From assembly GCA_905182615.1 (NCBI GenBank), contig CAJJCG010000018.1, forward strand, positions 14,426 through 78,425: a stretch of 64,000 nucleotides of DNA. The letters are read 5' to 3'. Made by a program: the position numbers and the translations under genes. The DNA is from Alphaproteobacteria bacterium UBA2964. GTDB lineage: Bacteria; Pseudomonadota; Alphaproteobacteria; MPNO01; UBA2964. The notes below the pieces were generated by a model. The model worked only from the letters and a program-made list of their open reading frames with translations. It was not told the origin of the DNA and did not search any database. Position 1 is the first letter of the stretch. The number at the start of each line of letters is the position of its first letter. Positions 55,500-63,347 of this stretch are shown here, in pieces.

Positions 55500-55919
55500 C
55501 TAAAGTTGTTCAGAGTCCGTCACGGCTGGGTTTGTTTCGCCCTTGTCGCCGTGTTTCTCAGCGAATTTGATGATCCGCTCAAAGAATGTGAAGAACTGAT
55601 TGAGTGCTTCTTTTCGTTCGGTTTGGCGTTCCTGGCGGTGATCCAACCGTTTGTTTTCAAGCTGGTCAGCCGTCGAGGAGGGCATCTGCGTCGCGTTTGC
55701 GCTTCCGGCACAAACCATATGTTCGTCGCGCACCTTGCACATTGTGATGACGCCGGTTCTCCGATCCAGCGTCCAACTCGCACCGTTCTCGGTCTTCGCT
55801 GCTTGCACGGGTTTTACTGCGGCGTATGGCAGCACGAGCGCCGCGACGACGATCGCGATCGCAACCAGTCCGCTACCGGTTAAAGTTGCTTTGCCCAAAT
55901 ATGCGTTATTAGGGGTCAT
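55500..55919 (-). CDS. Hypothetical exported/membrane-anchored protein
   Basis: N-terminal hydrophobic segment (LVAIAIVVAALVLPYAAV), a Cys pair (MCKVRDEHMVC), and a charged helical C-terminus. No family recognised. Confidence 0.45.
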   Translation of the reverse strand: MTPNNAYLGKATLTGSGLVAIAIVVAALVLPYAAVKPVQAAKTENGASWTLDRRTGVITMCKVRDEHMVCAGSANATQMPSSTADQLENKRLDHRQERQTERKEALNQFFTFFERIIKFAEKHGDKGETNPAVTDSEQL

Positions 55920-56084
55920 CCGTAATTCTCCATAAAAACTGGGTTTTTATGCGCCCCCACACATCGCTGCCTATGTTAACGCGGACCTAGGATGATGAAA
56001 ATGAAATTCAACGGATTTTAATTGCTGCGGTTTTGTGACACGTTACAGGAATATTGTGAAAAGACATATCAGGAAGGAAATACA

Positions 56085-56399
56085 ATGCTTTATGTGTGTT
56101 ATGGGGTGGACGGACCGGATGGTGCCGCGCGGCGGGAAACTTCTCGTGAAGAGCATTTTGCTTACCTAAAAGCAAATGAGGGTATTTTAGTCCTTGGCGG
56201 TGCAACTCTGGCAGATGACAGCGATGCCCGTATCGGTAGTTGCCTTATTATCAATGTTCCCGACCGTGAAGCTGCTGATGCGTTCGCAGCGGGTGAGCCT
56301 TTGCGAAATGCCGGTGTGTTCGAATCCTACTCTGTCGTCAGAATGCGCCGGGGCCAGTGGAACCCTGGGGCAGCGCCTACGACAGCAGAAGGTGACTAA
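56085..56399 (+). CDS. YciI-family protein
   Basis: MLYVCYGVDGPDG...REEHFAYL...ILVLGGA...FAAGEPLRNAGVF. About 104 aa. AGGAAGGA Shine-Dalgarno upstream of the ATG at 56085. Confidence 0.8.
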   Translation: MLYVCYGVDGPDGAARRETSREEHFAYLKANEGILVLGGATLADDSDARIGSCLIINVPDREAADAFAAGEPLRNAGVFESYSVVRMRRGQWNPGAAPTTAEGD

Positions 56400-56401
56400 C
56401 G

Positions 56402-57250
56402 CTAGCGATTTCCAACAATGCAATAAACTTTGGCAATGGTCAGGCGTCGTCTTAGTTGTCCGCCGACAGTCGGAAAATCACTTTTATTGACGGAAAACTT
56501 TTGGCTGCCATTGCCGACGGTGGCGCCATTTATACCCGCTTGTTTTAGAATATTCAAAAGGCTCTCCGGCGTGGACGAATAGGAGCGGCCACGCCGCGGC
56601 GCGCCCGCCACATGGACTCCAATGATCTGGCCATTGGCATTCACCCAGGGGCCGCCGCTGATGCCGCCGAGATTCGTTCCCCTATCCGGCACTCGCCGTA
56701 TCTGGGTCCAGGCGACAACAGGTTCGCGAGTGGAATAACGTCCATCAATTGCCATCGTCCGTCTGCCGATGACGCGGGCATGAACATCTCCCGGTTCGCC
56801 TTTTGGAAATCCAAATGAATAGCCGTCCTGACCACGTGAAATGCGTTTCTCAATGCCGGGCAGGGACGGCGTGCCGCCATTGGTGCGCAAGATGCTGATA
56901 TCGGCATGGGGGTGGAGCCAAACCTGACGAATCTTGACGAACTGACGATCACCTTTTTGTAAGACGATTTTATCGCAACCATCGGCGACATGCCGTGCTG
57001 TTACCCAAATCCCTTTTTGGTCGACTGAAAAGGCTGTTCCCGTCGACGATTGTTGGCGGTCTTCTAGCGAGATTGAAATCACTGGATCACGGCTCGTGAT
57101 TGGTGGGACGGACCCCCTATTGGGTGGCTGGACGATTTCGACCGGCGGGCGGCGTCCCGGTGAAGGGTCTGGATCGTCTGATGTCCATGACCGGCCGAGG
57201 ATCGCGACCAAGGCCATGACGACCAGCGCCAGAATGTCCCAAATACGCAT
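56402..57250 (-). CDS. Membrane-anchored trypsin-like (S1) serine protease
   Basis: N-terminal TM helix (ILALVVMALVAILG) and a Pro-rich linker. Triad candidates are TARHVADGC (His), HADISIL (Asp) and GGISGGPW (Ser). Confidence 0.75.
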   Translation of the reverse strand: MRIWDILALVVMALVAILGRSWTSDDPDPSPGRRPPVEIVQPPNRGSVPPITSRDPVISISLEDRQQSSTGTAFSVDQKGIWVTARHVADGCDKIVLQKGDRQFVKIRQVWLHPHADISILRTNGGTPSLPGIEKRISRGQDGYSFGFPKGEPGDVHARVIGRRTMAIDGRYSTREPVVAWTQIRRVPDRGTNLGGISGGPWVNANGQIIGVHVAGAPRRGRSYSSTPESLLNILKQAGINGATVGNGSQKFSVNKSDFPTVGGQLRRRLTIAKVYCIVGNR

Positions 57251-57265
57251 TGCTGTTAAACCGGG

Positions 57266-57679
57266 TTAACCCGCAATCGCTGCGGCATTGATCATGGCGA
57301 CAGCCAGTTTTACGGCGAAGACTAAAATCGCAGCACCCATTTCGCAGTTTTCAATTCGTTTTGGCAGGTCTTTGAGAAAGATATCAAGCAACCGAAACGT
57401 CGTTAGCTGGACAATCAGAGCAACCACGCCCCAGATGACGATATCCAAAACACCGACGCTGGTTGCCATGCAAAATGCCAAGGGGACGGCCAAGCCGAGA
57501 ATTGCGCCCGAAAAGGAAATCGCGGCGGCGGTGTTTCCTGACCGTATCAGCTGCATTTCATGCCATGGCGTAATGAGCTGATATATCCACACCCCGATGC
57601 CTAGCATCGCCAACGTTACAGAGAAATGCAGGAGTAGTATTGGAAAGCCATTGAGGAAGCTTTGTAGGATCGGATCCAT
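57266..57679 (-). CDS. DUF350-family small integral membrane protein
   Basis: Four predicted TM helices in two DUF350-like repeats (HEMQLIRSGNTAAAISFSGAILGLA; ENCEMGAAILVFAVKLAVA). Confidence 0.7.
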   Translation of the reverse strand: MDPILQSFLNGFPILLLHFSVTLAMLGIGVWIYQLITPWHEMQLIRSGNTAAAISFSGAILGLAVPLAFCMATSVGVLDIVIWGVVALIVQLTTFRLLDIFLKDLPKRIENCEMGAAILVFAVKLAVAMINAAAIAG

Positions 57680-57688
57680 GATCAGTTC

Positions 57689-58606
57689 TTATCCTTCGAT
57701 AAAGCGAAATGCGAATTCATTACCAGCACTAATAACATTGCCAGCAGTCGCCCCCGAGAAATGGGCGGGAATGAGCAATATGTCAGTATCTGCACAGCTC
57801 TCTATAATTTTGCGACGCGTGACAATAGCCAATTCCCGATTTGAGCATTTGATAGTGCTCCAGTCGGGCTCATAGACCTGCAGTGGATGATGGAATGCAT
57901 CGCCAGCAAAGATTGCTTTTACGCCGTTTGAGTTGAGGTTGGCGCAGCACTGTCCCGGTGTATGACCCGGCGCTGGTGACAGATGGATCAAGTCATTCAA
58001 TTCGAAATCATCCTCCACCAAGAGCGCGCAGCCTGCTTCGATAATCGGTAGAACGCAGTCTTCAAAGGCGGTACCCGACGGATGCGGACCATGTTCTTTG
58101 TTCCAGCCCAGCCAGTATTCATATTCTGTGCGCCCGATGATGTATTTGGCGTTCGTGAACGTAGGAACAAGCCGGCCATCGACAAGTCGGGTATTCCAAC
58201 CAACATGATCAACATGCAAATGGGTGCAGAATACATAATCAATGTCTTCAAACGCTACGCCGGCGGCATGAAATTCCGCGAGCCACCGGTCCTTCGGGTA
58301 AAGTAATCCTTCGCGGCGGTTTTTGTGATCTCCAACGCAGGTATCGATCAGGATATTGTGCTGTGGTGTTTGCAGCAAAAAGCTCTGAAAGGTCATGCAG
58401 ATTTTGCCGCTGGCAGGGTCATGGGTGTGGCTCGGCAGATCGGCTAGATGCTTCTCGACACGTTCCGGTGTTGCTTCAGGAAACATGTCATAGGGATTAT
58501 GGTATGGGCCGTCTCGTTCGACTATGCTTGTCATGGTGGTGTCGCCGAGGGCAATGGAATTCGATTTTGAGATAGTATCCATGCGATGTGCCTTTTCGAG
58601 AGCCAC
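57689..58606 (-). CDS. Metallo-beta-lactamase-fold hydrolase (lactonase-like)
   Basis: HLHVDHVGW (HxHxDH), later His/Asp ligand regions (GHTPG, DAFHH). Start uncertain (GTG at 58606, ATG at 58582 or 58534). Confidence 0.8.
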   Translation of the reverse strand: MALEKAHRMDTISKSNSIALGDTTMTSIVERDGPYHNPYDMFPEATPERVEKHLADLPSHTHDPASGKICMTFQSFLLQTPQHNILIDTCVGDHKNRREGLLYPKDRWLAEFHAAGVAFEDIDYVFCTHLHVDHVGWNTRLVDGRLVPTFTNAKYIIGRTEYEYWLGWNKEHGPHPSGTAFEDCVLPIIEAGCALLVEDDFELNDLIHLSPAPGHTPGQCCANLNSNGVKAIFAGDAFHHPLQVYEPDWSTIKCSNRELAIVTRRKIIESCADTDILLIPAHFSGATAGNVISAGNEFAFRFIEG

Positions 58607-58705
58607 TGGCTGTTGAGCAAAATCCTATTGTGCATCTAGCGTAGCGTCTACCAATCTGGCACGCTAAATTCCTCAAATATATGGCAAAACAATGGAGAGT
58701 TTGAA

Positions 58706-59707
58706 ATGGCACTCGAAGGCGTCCGATTTATTCCCTACAAGGACACTCTTGATCTCTTGAGCGTCGAAGAAGCGATGCAGATTTGCGAAGACGTTTATCG
58801 CATGCATGCCGCTGGTTCCGTTCAATGGTCAGCGCCTTCATCCTGGAAGCTTGATGCCGATGCGCCCTATCACAATCACTGGCACGTAAAAGGCGTTCTC
58901 CTGAAGGATATCCCGACCACAGGCGTGCGGATGTACAATTATTACGACGACGGTGTTAAAAACACAGTCGGACAGCTGGAATGCGCCCGTTATATCTTGT
59001 TGACCGATCCAATGACGGGGCATTCCCGGGCGATTGTTGAAGAACATTGGTCGTATGCCATCCGCAGCACCGCGGCGGCAATCTTGCCTTTGAAATGGCT
59101 GGCGCCCAAGAACCCCAAGGTTCTGGGTTTGGTCGGCATTGGGACGATGGGAGTTAACTGCCTCGCCTGTCTGCGAACAATGTTCGATTTCGAGAAAATT
59201 GTTTGTACATCGCGCCGGCCTGAAACCCGTGAGGCCTTCGCCAAAAAATGGTCAGCAGAGCTGGGTATCCCTGTTGAGACGGTCGAGACCGTCGAAGAAG
59301 TTGTTCGCGCTGCGGATATCGGAATCGGCGGGACAACCTCGACCGATATCATTGCGCATGAGGAATGGGTCAAACCTGGAGCGACCTATATCTCGTTAGC
59401 GCGGCGGGAAATGGACCCCGCCGGTTGGGCGGCATTCGACAAAGTCGTCATTGATGGTTGGGACGTTAATATTGTCACCAAAGAATTTAGCAACATGATC
59501 GAAAGCGGTCAGTTCTCGCGCGAGCAGTTGCACGGGGAAATTTGTGACGTTGTAACCGGGAGGGTTCCCGGTCGGGAAAACGATGATGAACGAATTTTGA
59601 TCCATACGACGGGTCTCGTATCGCAGGATATTGCGGTATGTCACCATATCTATGAAAAGGCTAAAGAGCAGGGTCGAGGCATTGTTTTGCCACCAACCGA
59701 CGCTTGA
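58706..59707 (+). CDS. Ornithine cyclodeaminase / mu-crystallin family protein (second copy)
   Basis: OCD/CRYM-like, with the Rossmann segment LGLVGIGTMG. 333 aa. Confidence 0.8.
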   Translation: MALEGVRFIPYKDTLDLLSVEEAMQICEDVYRMHAAGSVQWSAPSSWKLDADAPYHNHWHVKGVLLKDIPTTGVRMYNYYDDGVKNTVGQLECARYILLTDPMTGHSRAIVEEHWSYAIRSTAAAILPLKWLAPKNPKVLGLVGIGTMGVNCLACLRTMFDFEKIVCTSRRPETREAFAKKWSAELGIPVETVETVEEVVRAADIGIGGTTSTDIIAHEEWVKPGATYISLARREMDPAGWAAFDKVVIDGWDVNIVTKEFSNMIESGQFSREQLHGEICDVVTGRVPGRENDDERILIHTTGLVSQDIAVCHHIYEKAKEQGRGIVLPPTDA

Positions 59708-59839
59708 CCGGGCATTTAAACTAATCAATTGAATTGAACGAATTGCGAGAAACCCTTTGATCTCTATGGGTATTTCTAGTGAAATAAAGGGAATAAAAAA
59801 ATGAAGTAAAAAATACCAGTAAACAGGAGAGGCAATAAG

Positions 59840-61129
59840 ATGAAAAATAGCATTCTAAAAACCGTTGGCATCGCCGCGGCTTCAATTCCTTTATTCTTTA
59901 GTACCGCGAACGCATCGACCGCTGATGTTGCGGCTTTTTATAAAAATAAAACAATGACGATGTATATCGGCTACTCGGCCGGTGGTGGTTACGACGCCTA
60001 TGGCCGCATCGTGATGCGCCATATGGTTCGTCATATTCCCGGAAACCCTCGCCAGATTGCCAAGCAATATACCGGTGCAGGTGGTGTCAGGGTTCTCAAC
60101 GCTATTTACAACGTATTTCCACAAAACGGCACGGCGATTGTCATGGCGGGACGCAGCGTTATAGCGCAGCCTTTGTTCCGTAATGCAGCAAATGCGAAAT
60201 ATGATGGCTCGAAGCTAAAATGGCTGGGCAGTGCAAACCAGGAACACAGTGTTTGCGTCTTCTGGCATGAGTCGAAATTTAAATCGACCGAGGATCTGCT
60301 CCGCGGGAAGCCCAATATGGGCGGCGTTGGAATCGGCAGCTCGATCGATGTTTTCACCTTGTTGGTTAATAATACGCTGGGTGCGAAGCAAAAGCTGATC
60401 ACTGGCTATCCCGGCGGTGCCGATATCAATCTTGCGATGCAACGTAAGGAGCTTGATGGTCGCTGTGGTTGGTCGCTTTCTTCGATCAAAACGACGGCTC
60501 CTGACTGGTTAAGGGATAATAAGATCAATATGACGATGCAGCACGCTCTTTCGAAGCATCCGGAATTGCAGTCAGTGCCGTTAATAACGGATCTAGTTAA
60601 GAACGAAAAGGATAAGCAGGCGCTGAAGGTCCATCTTGCACCGCAGGCATATGGGCGGCCTTTTGCGGTTGGTCCCGGTGTGCCGCATGAGCGTTATATT
60701 GCGCTGCGGGATGCGTTCTGGAAAACAATGCATGATCCAAAGTTTCTGGCTGACACCAAGAAACGTAAAATGCCGATTAATCCGATGAAAGGTGAAGATG
60801 TCCAGAAGCTGATTGGTGAGATTTATGCTCTGCCAAAAGACGTTCTTGCCTACGCCGATAAAGTTGGCAATTCACGAAAAAAAACAACTGTGGCTCAAGC
60901 CGTTATTCCGATCGCGACATATGCTGGCAAGATCACCAAGCTTAAGCGCGGCGGTCGTCGGGTTTCCTGGAAGGGCGCAAGCGCTAGCGGCAAGCTCCGG
61001 GTTTCCGGCAGCAAAACCAAAATTACGGTCGCTGGTAAAAAAGCAAAACGTAAGGTTCTAAAAGTCGGGATGAGCTGCTCTTTCCGCGTGAAGGGCGCTC
61101 AAACGGCACTTAATATCGACTGCAAATAA
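59840..61129 (+). CDS. Tripartite tricarboxylate transporter substrate-binding protein (TctC/Bug family) with about 95-aa Lys-rich C-terminal extension
   Basis: Signal peptide, FYKNKTMTMYIGYSAGGGYD..., a typical Bug fold of about 330 aa, then the extra segment ...GKITKLKRGGRRVSWKG...KITVAGKKAKRKVLKVGMSCSFRVKG. No tctA or tctB adjacent. Confidence 0.8.
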   Translation: MKNSILKTVGIAAASIPLFFSTANASTADVAAFYKNKTMTMYIGYSAGGGYDAYGRIVMRHMVRHIPGNPRQIAKQYTGAGGVRVLNAIYNVFPQNGTAIVMAGRSVIAQPLFRNAANAKYDGSKLKWLGSANQEHSVCVFWHESKFKSTEDLLRGKPNMGGVGIGSSIDVFTLLVNNTLGAKQKLITGYPGGADINLAMQRKELDGRCGWSLSSIKTTAPDWLRDNKINMTMQHALSKHPELQSVPLITDLVKNEKDKQALKVHLAPQAYGRPFAVGPGVPHERYIALRDAFWKTMHDPKFLADTKKRKMPINPMKGEDVQKLIGEIYALPKDVLAYADKVGNSRKKTTVAQAVIPIATYAGKITKLKRGGRRVSWKGASASGKLRVSGSKTKITVAGKKAKRKVLKVGMSCSFRVKGAQTALNIDCK

Positions 61130-61234
61130 AGACAAACACAGCTAAAGGGGTGGCGGTGCTTGGTGCGCTGTCACCCTCGTTGCTTTCGCAAGGGTTGTGG
61201 ATTTGCTCGGGTTATCAGAGACGGCTAAGCGGTT

Positions 61235-62023
61235 TTAACGAGCCAGTACCTCTTGAATTTTTGGCCAGGCGTCCGGGCCTTTTTCTGCCATGAGGGCGCA
61301 AAACGCATCATTGCGCCAATCGAGATAAGCGGCCTTGAAGCTGGTGCGCGCTTTTATGCGCTCATACAGGTCTGTGACGTGTGGCCGTTTATCCATCCAC
61401 TGCCAAAGCTGCAGCTCATCCAGTCTAATGAGATATGGGGTGTAGCCAATTTCGGCGAGTGAAAAGCTTTCTCCCGCCATCCAGTTGGTTGCGCTTAGTC
61501 GCTTCTCGAGATCTGTCAGGAAGGATTCAAAAACGCCGACGGCATCTGCAAATTGTGGCGATTCCATGCCATGTTCAATCTGCTCGCGCTGGCGTGCCCG
61601 GCGTTTTGGGTCGGGAATGTTGTTGATATAATTTTCTAACTCATCGGCTGGTCGCGCTAGATGTTGGTGACGAAAGGCAATCGAGCCGGATAGCACGCCG
61701 GTATAGAAATGGATGATTTCATCCAACCGTTTGGTCCATTGGCGCATCCGGGCGCGCTCAAGGGCAGCCTCTGGTTTAAGCGACGGTTCTGGATAGGCAT
61801 CGTCGAGATATTCGCAGATCACTGTCGATTCAATTACCACCTGTCCATCATCGACCAAGGTAGGGACCACGCCGTTCGGGTTGAGCTGGAGGTAGTCCGG
61901 CTGATGTTGATCGCTGGAGCGCAGATCGAGCACATGGCCCTGCCAGTCGAGCTGTTTCTCAGCCAGAACCATCCTCACTTTCTGCGCACAGGTCGACATC
62001 GTGGCGTGGTAGAGCTCAATCAT
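61235..62023 (-). CDS. Glutathione S-transferase
   Basis: MIELYHATMSTCAQKVRMVLAEK...NPNGVVPTLVDDGQVVIESTVICEYLDD. The track's 375-aa ORF start lies inside the upstream aldolase gene, so the ATG at 62023 is used. Confidence 0.85.
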   Translation of the reverse strand: MIELYHATMSTCAQKVRMVLAEKQLDWQGHVLDLRSSDQHQPDYLQLNPNGVVPTLVDDGQVVIESTVICEYLDDAYPEPSLKPEAALERARMRQWTKRLDEIIHFYTGVLSGSIAFRHQHLARPADELENYINNIPDPKRRARQREQIEHGMESPQFADAVGVFESFLTDLEKRLSATNWMAGESFSLAEIGYTPYLIRLDELQLWQWMDKRPHVTDLYERIKARTSFKAAYLDWRNDAFCALMAEKGPDAWPKIQEVLAR

Positions 62024-62039
62024 CGCGGATCGTCTTTCC

Positions 62040-62810
62040 TTAGGTAACAGGAATGCGCTCGGTTGACAGAATGGGATGGCCGAGGGCTTCGGCGCGGGCC
62101 AGTTTACGGCAATAGAATTCCCAAAATACCGGCACGTTGCGTTCCTGTCCTTTGATCTTGCGAGCTTGCTCGTCGTCGGTCGGATAGGACCAGTCAAAAC
62201 TGGCACTGCTGGTTTTGACAAACTCTTCGCAGGCGGCCTCCTGGGCGGTCGCGATAACCAATGCATGCTCAATCGAGGTTCCGCAGGCAACGACGCCATG
62301 GTTGCGCAGGAACATGCAAAAGCTGTCGCCCATGGTTTTAGCCGCTTCCCGTCCAGTTTCAAGTTTCACAATAAGCTCGGATGAGCCTTCGTATCGCGGT
62401 GGGGGTGTCGGGAAAAAAATCTGCTGATAGCCCGCCGGGCGCATTGGTTCGGTACTGGACGAGACGACGCAGCCATAAAGTGGGTGCGTGTGAATAGCGG
62501 CATTGATGTCAGGGCGCATTTCAAAGATAGAGGCGTGAATAGGCCATTCGCCATGGCATCTTCCTTCCCCTGAATGCACTTTGCCATCGAGGCCGATATG
62601 GAAGAAATCGCGATAATCAAAGACCTCTCCAAGGGCGATATGGGAGCGTTTGATCCACATGCCATTGCCATGCGGGTCGCGGACGCTGGCAAAACCTAGA
62701 GTCCGATCACCATGCCCTTCAATCTCAAGGATGCGGCATAGCTTTATGAGCTTTTCGAGCTCGGCCTTTACCTCGCTCGTTAGGGCGGGTGTCTCTGAAA
62801 AATCGTTCAT
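62040..62810 (-). CDS. Class II aldolase/adducin-family protein (second copy)
   Basis: AIHTHP metal-His region, LRNHGVVACG. 256 aa. Confidence 0.85.
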   Translation of the reverse strand: MNDFSETPALTSEVKAELEKLIKLCRILEIEGHGDRTLGFASVRDPHGNGMWIKRSHIALGEVFDYRDFFHIGLDGKVHSGEGRCHGEWPIHASIFEMRPDINAAIHTHPLYGCVVSSSTEPMRPAGYQQIFFPTPPPRYEGSSELIVKLETGREAAKTMGDSFCMFLRNHGVVACGTSIEHALVIATAQEAACEEFVKTSSASFDWSYPTDDEQARKIKGQERNVPVFWEFYCRKLARAEALGHPILSTERIPVT

Positions 62811-62903
62811 TCTCTTCCTCCTGCTGGCCGCAGTCTGAGAAGAGAAAGTGACCCTGTCAATCGGAGGTCGCGGGGAAAGTGCTTCTAACTAGCGTTTTCC
62901 CGC

Positions 62904-63182
62904 TTATACGGGGGAGGATGCAGGATATAGCCAAGACCTTTGAGCGTTGTACTCAACAATTTCCGGGCAACATATTGGTCGAAAGTGTTCGGTGTTTTTT
63001 TTGATCTTCCGCAAGCCGCGCCGCGCCATCAATTCGATTCGGTCACGGAATAGCTGATCGATGAGGGGTGGGGTCGGCTCAGCCGTGCGGCCCAGTGTGG
63101 CGCTCCTTGCTGTTGCGACGTTCGGTACCACCAACAAAATAGAGGTTGATAGATAGATTAGCGCTTTTCGAGTAATGATCAC
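62904..63182 (-). CDS. Doubtful small secreted protein
   Basis: GTG start, signal-like N-terminus (LIYLSTSILLVVPNVATA). Weak Shine-Dalgarno and no family match. Confidence 0.25.
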   Translation of the reverse strand: MIITRKALIYLSTSILLVVPNVATARSATLGRTAEPTPPLIDQLFRDRIELMARRGLRKIKKNTEHFRPICCPEIVEYNAQRSWLYPASSPV

Positions 63183-63347
63183 GGTGCCTATATTCCCTTT
63201 AATAGACCGGGTGATTATAGGGTTTGCTGGTTAACAAAGACTGGCTGGTTTCGAATTTTAGTTTTCTCGGGTTGCCTTGCTTCCCAGCCAGTGCGCGGGG
63301 ATAATGCGTTAAATATTTTTTGAATGTATAAATTAAAGGAGCGAGGA

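Noticed and set aside
59801-59809. Minimal ORF ATG-AAG-TAA in the AT-rich leader of the TctC gene, preceded by AAGGGAA. Considered as a possible start-stop regulatory uORF.
   Set aside because: Three-codon ORFs arise by chance very often in AT-rich leaders, and there is no supporting structure or conservation evidence.
62024-62362. N-terminal 113 aa of the 375-aa track ORF (61235-62362).
   Set aside because: It overlaps the 3' part of the class II aldolase gene in another frame and is Pro/Ser/Arg-rich. The GST homology begins exactly at the ATG at 62023.
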